A program made the position numbers and the translations under genes. Positions 34,258 to 38,968 of a stretch of 38,968 nucleotides of DNA are shown here, piece by piece. Under the pieces are notes generated by a model. The model saw nothing but the letters and a program-made list of their open reading frames with translations, did not search any database and was not told where the DNA came from. Every line of letters begins with the position of its first letter. The first letter of the stretch is position 1. The DNA is from Octopus sinensis (lineage: Eukaryota): positions 1 to 38,968 of the forward strand of contig NW_021835764.1 of assembly GCF_006345805.1 (NCBI RefSeq), written 5' to 3'.

Positions 34258-34370
34258 TCATTACAGATATAGGGTGAAAGATAATTAATTTAATAAATCA
34301 ACAAATTTCACCTAGTAGTTTTTCGGTAGGAAAAGGACCATATTCGGTAAAAACTTATACAAAAAGTTTT
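34258..34370. repeat. ~110-bp unique element embedded between (TA)n tracts
   Basis: Sharp boundaries with TA arrays on both sides. Contains a decayed hammerhead-like pattern on the minus strand. Confidence 0.5.
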
Positions 34371-35274
34371 ATATATATATAATATATATATATAATATAT
34401 ATTACTATATATAGTGCGCACACATACACACATTATAAATGCAACACACACCCACACATATCTAAATGCCGTTCGACATTTACGTGTATATATATATGAT
34501 GACTATGATGATGATAGTTATATAGCGATATGTAGAAACATGGCCGAAAGACCTTTGCATTCGCATCTATCACTCTCCTTATTTGAGAAAGCAAAACTGT
34601 GAAGATTATATAATAATTTCAAGAATAAAAGACTTGCCGAAGCCTCGGATTAAATTAGAGTTATTTAGATCTTCGATCTAACAGTCTTTCTCTCAACTGA
34701 GTTATTTCAGTTACCAGCAAATGGTTCCATAGTTGCTACAAATGTTTGTTTTTGTTGTTGTTGCTTTTTTTACATTTAAAATATTTCATAAAACGGAAGC
34801 AAACGATATATTCATTAATGGATAGAGAAAAAAAGCTTATTCCGCATAAAACACGGTAAAAAATGAAGCAATTTCGTTTTGTTTGTAAACAGTTTTACAG
34901 CATTATTTTTTGTGCTTCACATTTGTCTGAGATATATTTTCGTAAATATTAGAACAAATGCCTTCAAGTTATATAGTACACACTTTTCTAAACAGTAAGT
35001 ATTTTTGTATTAAGGTTTACTAAACACACACAATTCACTTGTTTTACAACCGAAACTCTCAGATATGTGGCGTAGGATTAAAAACAACTTCTGAAATTAC
35101 TATGAGATCCAATCCTAGATCTGCAACCTCAACCGTAAATATTTTATACATATATGTGGCGTGCGCATGTGTGTGTGTGTGTAATCTATGTCCTTATTCT
35201 AACAACAAGCAGCAGTACTGTCCGGGCGGTGTCTTTCTGCTAGTGTCCTTAATAAATAAACGTATAGATATGTG

Positions 35275-35632
35275 TTTATATATATATAATCCGTTCTGTC
35301 TGTGTGTGTGTGTATCTTCTAGGATCTCGAGCATCCTCCATCCGATTGCGCTCAAATTTGATATGTAGATACCGACGGTATCAGGGCATGTATAAGTCTT
35401 GGAAAAATTGCAAAATCGATTCCAGGTGAGAATGCGATGGATAAAGCCGTGGGAACGTGCATTTGTGCGCGCAAGTACATCAGCTGTTGCGATCGATAAC
35501 TTTATTTCTTCTTTTGCTGATGTCTCACATTTTGGTTAAATCAGTGTTTCTCAAAGAGGAGTTGTTTTGAGAAAATTTGGTTTAAATGTTTGACAACTCA
35601 GCACCGTCCATTGGACGGGGGGCGTTTTGCTC
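35275..35632 (+). mobile_element. Non-autonomous Helitron-like element, short copy
   Basis: Homologous to the reverse complement of 25284-25987 but lacks ~320 bp. Ends CCGTCCATTGGACGG-GGGCGTTTTGCTCG|T. Confidence 0.75.
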
Positions 35633-35669
<37 letters not shown>

Positions 35670-36045
35670 TCAGCATGGCTGCTATTTTCAGCATGGTGGT
35701 ATCTCGTAGACACCCTAATTTATAATTTTAATAATTATTACCTTTAAAGGTTATTTTTTTCCTTGCTGACCACTTGATAAAATCGTTGTTTTATTTTTAA
35801 ATTAACGATCTTATCCTTATTTATATATATTTAAATATATATATATGAATGTGTGTGTGTCAGTGCGTGTGTTTCGGTGTATGTGTGTCTCAGTGTGTGT
35901 GTGTGTGTGTGTGTAGTGTGTGCGTGTGGTGTAGGTGTGTGGGGGTGGGGTGGGGGGGGGTGTTCGTGTGTGTACGTGTGTTTGCACACCTAAACAAAAA
36001 CAAATAGCTTAATTAACTATCCTAATCTGTCCCTGCAATTCTTGC

Positions 36046-36830
36046 AATGAAATGAGCTCTTCGCATTGCTCTACTTCAAACAATGTCTTGAGCCAGCTTA
36101 CTTTAAATGATTAGGTATCAAGCAAATCTAAAGCCTTTCGGGAGAAAAGAAATTAACACTTTGAACTTAAGAGTACACTTAACCGGATGGGATTTTGTTT
36201 AACTAAAGTCCGGGAAGACGCAAAAGTGTGAAACCACATGATTTTATGATTTGATGAAAACATCGTTATTTTCAGCTTGCGCGCAAAACAGTGATGCCGT
36301 CCACTATTGCATCTTCTAGGAGTATAGTCAAGTAAATTTGCGGCCTTTATAAAGATTACTCGCTATTTGAATGAATTAAAGCATTTCAGCTTCGGTATTC
36401 CAGGATATATCTTCTTGTGAACCACATTTACTTCCAAAAGTGATCACAATAATATGGCTCATGGTTTGAATTTTTCTAAGACTCAAGCTGAATTTTTAGA
36501 TTCAAGATTGAAGGATTAGCAACGTAATAATGAACTCTCTGTTTGGCTCTGAAGCGAGTAAGAGGAATTCAAAGGACGTTCACCACTGGTGATGGAATTG
36601 TATTTTCAAAAATGTAAATTCAGTTCATGAATATACTGCTGGTGATAACATATCACACAGTTCTCGTATTGTACTTCAATAAGAAACCAATAATTGTTTT
36701 CAGAGTATAAAACATGATTCTTATTCTTGTTAGGAGAGTATCCTGTAAATGAACTTCAGATATTTGTAAAAGAAATAATCACCACTGAAAGTATGATAAA
36801 TCGTAAAGTATTCATATATTTCAAGAGAGA
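36046..36830 (+). pseudogene. Decayed Chapaev-type (CMC group) transposase
   Basis: With a 1-nt shift, 36419-36519 reads EPHLLPK-SDHNNMAHGLNFSKTQAEFLDSRLKD*, matching the Chapaev3 motif PHLLTQxxLNDLVRDLNLSKxxAELLxSRL. FCLTKV lies upstream and EEFK...DGIVFSKNVNSV downstream. Confidence 0.7.
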
Positions 36831-37062
36831 AATTACGTAATGAGTTTTTTTTATAAGCACAAGACAGGGAAAAACAGAAGAGAGGAAAATGAATTTAATG
36901 CTCATTTGTTCTTCAAAGATTTTAAAAGAAATTAGGTGGGTTAAGGTTCAATTCTACAGAATGTTACCTTGGTAATGGAATAGGAATTTTAAAATAGCTT
37001 CGGGTCGAACGAAGCTCTGTAAGTAAAATTCAGTGCTCAGGATTTATACGGAATCCGGTCAG

Positions 37063-37118
<56 letters not shown>

Positions 37119-37334
37119 GAGTGTGTTTATACGCATACACATATATACATATACGCACAAATATATTTTTTGACATGATTCCGTACAACTCTCGACCACT
37201 AAATTTTACTAACAGAGCTTTGTTCGACCCAAATAACACAATTATATATATATTATATATATATATATATATATATTATATAATATATAATATATTATTA
37301 TATATATATATAATATATATATATATATATCTAC

Positions 37335-37400
<66 letters not shown>

Positions 37401-37554
37401 GCATGAATGGTGCATGTATGTATATAGGGAGGCGTTTCGAAGTGCGTAATATAGTAAAATATTTAGAACCGTTTTGTTTATGTTCCCTACCTCGATGTCA
37501 ATAATACTAGTATTAGACAAAGTAGTTGCGTTTATATAATCAAACAAGAACCAC

Positions 37555-37625
37555 TTGAAGGCGGTGCCCCAGCAGGGCCAGTTCCAGTGGATGAAGCCAG
37601 TAAAATAATAGTAAAAGAATAAAGA
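37555..37625 (+). mobile_element. Isolated 3' tail of the family A / CR1-group type
   Basis: aaggcggtgccccagcagggcc followed by an A-rich end. Confidence 0.55.
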
Positions 37626-38333
37626 AATGAAAATGCTACTGAAATCGAAAAACAAATAGCAGCAATTGGGGGATGGAAATGAGGTCGTGTACCCCATCTC
37701 ACCAGGAGTTTTTCTCCACACTCTTCCGACATCAGGTATTCATATCGTTTGTGTGGCGCCCGGAAATAGGTGAATATAACAACCAATATTTGTTTGATGG
37801 TGATTTTTCTTCTTTTATATATTTAGTTTAGGTTTCTTTTCGTTCTTCCCTTTTTATCTTTATCATTCTAAGTATCTGAACTTCCTATACAAAATGTCGG
37901 AAGTTCAAATGTTTTGGTGGTTTTTTAAATATTTTTATTACTTGCTTTTTGTTTATTTTTTATTTTACTTTTTATTTTACTGGTTATGCCAAAAACAAAG
38001 AATGAATGAAAAGAAAAAAATGAAATATCATGTCGGAAGTTGTCTCCACGAGTGTTCTGCGTTATAACACAGGGTGTCCTAAACCGGGTCTCTGACGGGT
38101 ACAGAATGATCCTCACTTCCGCCTCAGCCACCGTTATATTGGATTTGTAAAATATAAAAAATAAATAAAGAGCAACACAAAATTTCATAGATTTACAGTT
38201 ATAACATTAATGTAATTTCCGTACAAACTTTGGAATCAAAGAGGTGCATAAACGATATTTCTAATGTTTAAGTGTATATTTTTCTATGTACGGCTGGTTG
38301 TGTGCCTAAGTTGTTGATGTATGCATGAACATG

Positions 38334-38393
<60 letters not shown>

Positions 38394-38423
38394 GAGACAG
38401 ATAGATAAATAGATAGAAAGATT

Positions 38424-38493
<70 letters not shown>

Positions 38494-38523
38494 GAGACAG
38501 ATAGATAAATAGATAGAAAGATT

Positions 38524-38565
<42 letters not shown>

Positions 38566-38566
38566 A
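38334..38566. repeat. (ATAG)n microsatellite with a 100-bp higher-order duplication
   Basis: The variant block agagagacagatagataaatagatagaaagattgat occurs at both 38391 and 38491. Confidence 0.95.
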
Positions 38567-38785
38567 AGAAATTCATGCATGTGTACATATATACATATGT
38601 GTGTGTGTGTGTGTGTGTGTGTGAGTGTGTGTGTGTGCATATATGCGTATATGCATGTAACTGAGTTTATCTGAGTATGAATATGCAGCTATGAATTTGT
38701 AAGTGCACACACGCATATGATTTGAAGGTATAAAGTATATATACAGACAGATAAACCGACAGATAGATAGATAGATAGATAGATT

Positions 38786-38817
<32 letters not shown>

Positions 38818-38834
38818 TATAGATAGATAGATAG

Positions 38835-38871
<37 letters not shown>

Positions 38872-38968
38872 TAGACAAGACAGCCAAGACAGACAGACAG
38901 ACAGATAGATAATACATACATACTACATACACACACACACGCTCACACACACACACTCTCTCTCTCTC

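Noticed and set aside
35938-35962. G-rich tract able to form a G-quadruplex
   Set aside because: It is part of a degenerate GT microsatellite with no further context.

Overview
AT-rich eukaryotic intergenic or intronic DNA, very rich in microsatellites (TA, TG, ATAG, TATG, AAT, AAG, CT). The repeat families and composition suggest a coleoid cephalopod, probably Octopus; this is an inference from family recognition, not a database result. I could not identify any host protein-coding exon with confidence, and most ORF-track entries are translations of microsatellites. The window is a mosaic of mobile-element remains: (1) at least four tRNA-headed SINE families (here A, B, D and a V-domain type); (2) a full-length but dead mariner (D34D, 25-bp TIRs, TA TSD); (3) a 5'-truncated R4/Dong-clade LINE; (4) two CR1-group LINE 3' ends; (5) two copies of a non-autonomous Helitron in opposite orientation; (6) a 411-bp MITE with 29-bp TIRs and an 8-bp TSD; (7) a decayed Chapaev-type transposase. 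The most interesting signal is a set of minimal hammerhead-ribozyme-like motifs in short elements embedded in microsatellites, above all a 244-bp-period tandem at 5.0-5.5 kb with Penelope pLTR or retrozyme-like architecture. Also notable are a 3' tail shared between a LINE and a SINE, several fold-back structures that could be ADAR substrates, and a few candidate regulatory islands and exons. Coordinates were counted by hand and may be off by a few bases.
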